Shown here: positions 61,531-64,000 of the stretch, in pieces
Layout of the letters: every line of letters starts with the position of its first letter
Position numbering within the stretch: the first letter of the stretch is position 1
NCBI GenBank assembly: GCA_964016885.1
Contig: OZ024756.1
Location: forward strand, 42,842,001-42,906,000
Length of the DNA: 64,000 nt
Source: Eledone cirrhosa
Taxonomy: Eukaryota
Direction: 5' to 3'
Translations under genes and position numbers: made by a program
Notes under the pieces: model-generated
Database searches by the model: none
What the model was told of the DNA's origin: nothing
The model's input: the letters and a program-made list of their open reading frames with translations, nothing else

Positions 61531-64000
61531 CAGACATTGGACACACACTAGAGACAGACATTGAACACACAGTAAAGACAGACATTGGACACACACTAGA
61601 GACAGACATTGGACACACTAGAGACAGACATTGGACACACACTAGAGACAGACATTGGACACACACTAGAGACAGACATTGGACACACACTAGAGACAGA
61701 GATTGGAGACACACTAGAGCCAGACATTGGACACACACTATAGACAGACATTGGACACACACTAGAGACAGACATTGGACACACACTAGAGACAGACATT
61801 GGACACACACTAGGGACAGACATTGGAGACACACTAGAGACAGACATTGGACACACACTAGAGACAGACATTGGACACACACCAGAGACAGACATTGGAG
61901 ACACACCAGAGACAGACATTGGACACAGACTAGAGACAGACATTGGACACACACTAGAGACAGACATTGGACACACACCAGAGACAGACATTGGACACAG
62001 ACTAGAGACAGACATTGGACACACTAGAGACAGACATTGGACACACTAGAGACAGACATTGGTCACACACTAGAGACAGACATTGGACACACACTAGAGA
62101 CAGACATTAGACACACACTAGAGACAGACATTGGACACACACTAGAGACAGACATTGGACACACACTAGAGACAGACATTGGACACACACTAGAGACAGA
62201 CATTGGACACACACTAGAGACAGACATTGGCACACACACTAGAGACAGACATTAGACACACACTAGAGACAGACATTGGACACACACACTAGGGACAGAC
62301 ATTGGACACACACTAGAGACAGACATTGGATACACACTAGAGACAGACATTGGACACACTAGAGACAGACATTGGGCACACGCTAGAGACTGACATTGGA
62401 CACACACTAGAGACAGACATTGGAGACACTAGAGACAGACATTGGACACACACACTAGTGACAGACATTGGACACACACTAGAGACAGACATTGGACACA
62501 CACCAGAGACAGACATTGGACACACACTAGAGACAGACATTGGACACACACTAGAGACAGACATTGGACACACACTAGAGACAGACATTGGACACACACT
62601 AGAGAAAAACATTTGACACACACTAGAGACAGACATTGGACACACACACTAGAGACAGACATTGGACACACACTAGAGACAGACGTTGGACACACACACT
62701 AGAGACAGACATTCGACACACACAAGAGACAGACATTGTACACACTAGAGACAGACATTTGACACACACTAGAGACAGACGTTGGACACACACACTAGAG
62801 ACAGACATTGGACACACACTAGAGACAGACATTGGACACACTAGAGTCAGACATTGGACACACACACTAGAGACAGACATTAGACACACACTAGAGACAG
62901 ACATTGGAGACACACTAGAAAGAGACATTGGACATACACTAGAGACTTACATTGGACACACACTAGAGACAGACATTGGAGACACACTAGAGACAGACAT
63001 TGGACACACACTATAGACAGACATTGGACACACACTAGAGACAGACAATGGACACACACTAGAGACAGACATTGGAGACACACTAGAGACAGACATTGGA
63101 CACACACTAGAGACAGACATTGGACACACACACTAGGGACAGACATTGGACACACACTAGAGACAGACATTGGACACACACTAGAGACAGACAATGGACA
63201 CACACTAGAGAAAAACATTTGACACACACTAGAGACAGACATTGGACACACACACTAGAGACAGACATTGGACACACACTAGAGACAGACATTGGACACA
63301 CAGTAGAGACAGACATTGGACACACACACTCGAGACAGACATTAGACACACACTAGCGACAGACATTGGACACACACCAAAGACAGACATTGGAGACACA
63401 CTAGATACAGACATTGGACACACACTAGAGACAGACATTGGACACACACTAGAGACAGACATTGGACACACACCAGAGACAGATATTGGACACACACTAG
63501 AAACAGACATTGGAGACACACTAGAGACAGACATTGGACACACACTAGAGACAGACATTTGACACACATTAGAGACAGAGATTGGATACATACTAGAGAC
63601 AGACATTGGACACACACTAGAGACAGACATCGGACACACACCAGAGACAGACATTGGACACAAACCAGAGACAGACATTGGACACACACTAGAGACAGAC
63701 ATTGGACACACACTAGAGACAGACATTGGACACACACCAAATACAGACATTGGACACACACAAGAGACAGACATTGGACACACACTAGAGACAGACATTG
63801 GACACACACTAGAGACAGACATTGGACACACTAGAGACAGACATTGGACACACTAGAGACAGACATTGGTCACACACTAGAGACAGACATTAGACACACA
63901 CTAGAGAGAGACATTAGACACACACTAGAGACAGACATTGGACACACACTAGAGACAGACATTGGACACACATTAGAGACAGACGTTGGACACACATTAG

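Larger units (their letters stand above)
1..64000 (+). repeat. 24-bp satellite/minisatellite tandem array, consensus GACACACACTAGAGACAGACATTG, ~2,650-2,700 head-to-tail copies, truncated by both window ends
   Basis: Every line of the window is this monomer or a close variant (22/26-bp CA-slippage forms, point substitutions). No inversion or unique insert was seen. Consensus composition is A10 C6 G5 T3 (46% GC, no CpG). Confidence 0.99.
20300..64000 (+). repeat. Right subfamily domain (190-bp 8-mer unit, TTGAACACACAGTAAAG variant, frequent GGATAC)
   Basis: GGGCACACACTAGAGACTGAC first appears at ~20424 and TTGAACACACAGTAAAG at ~20734. Both recur to ~61.5-62.4 kb and were not seen left of 20.3 kb. 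Confidence 0.85.

Noticed and set aside
1-64000. Hundreds of ORFs (LETDIGHT, TRDRHWTH, CPMSVSSV and CVQCLSLV repeats), up to 757 aa at 17471-19744
   Set aside because: The 24-bp unit is a multiple of 3 and four of six frames lack a stop. ORFs overlap on both strands, switch frame at every +/-2 indel and have no unique domain, so there is no sign of coding constraint.
1-64000. CRISPR array (24-bp repeat length)
   Set aside because: Repeats are directly adjacent, with no unique spacers, leader or cas genes.
1-64000. Telomerase-made long telomeric repeat (yeast-type 23-25 bp)
   Set aside because: The array exceeds 64 kb, and variants are inherited in kb-scale blocks, which indicates recombinational copying rather than templated addition. 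There is no G-run motif. A subtelomeric location is not excluded.
1-64000. Simple (CA)n microsatellite, Z-DNA, G-quadruplex or hairpin
   Set aside because: CA tracts are only 3-5 units long and G-runs are at most 2-3 and sparse. The only palindrome is the 4-bp CTAG (6 bp in variants), and I saw no inverted blocks.
1-64000. Embedded mobile element, RNA gene or unique island
   Set aside because: On reading through, no stretch departs from the monomer for more than about 10 bp.
1-64000. Purely artefactual concatemer (rolling-circle or synthetic)
   Set aside because: Ordered, hierarchically shared variants and subfamily domains indicate evolutionary history, though individual near-identical duplications still need read support.

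Overview
The whole 64 kb window is one uninterrupted, single-orientation tandem array of a 24-bp monomer, consensus (+) GACACACACTAGAGACAGACATTG. That is roughly 2,650-2,700 copies (64000/24), and the array runs off both ends. I see no unique sequence, gene, RNA gene, transposon or CRISPR spacer. Every ORF in the track is an artefact: the unit is a multiple of 3, and only one frame per strand carries the CTAG-derived TAG stop. The information lies in the monomer variants, namely CA-slippage units of 22 and 26 bp and recurrent point variants. They reveal a nested structure: (i) an 11+2+11 internal dimer; (ii) a 190-bp 8-monomer higher-order unit; (iii) a recurring ~240-bp punctuation cassette; (iv) recent block duplications at offsets of about 0.3, 0.45, 0.7, 2.16, 2.96, 3.39, 4.60 and 5.0-5.2 kb; (v) two subfamily domains meeting at ~20.3 kb; and (vi) modules reused tens of kb apart. 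This is most likely eukaryotic satellite or minisatellite heterochromatin; the organism cannot be identified from the sequence. I found no evidence for a new protein-coding system. Block boundaries are approximate (about 1-3 monomers) and were read by eye from variants and ORF-track offsets.
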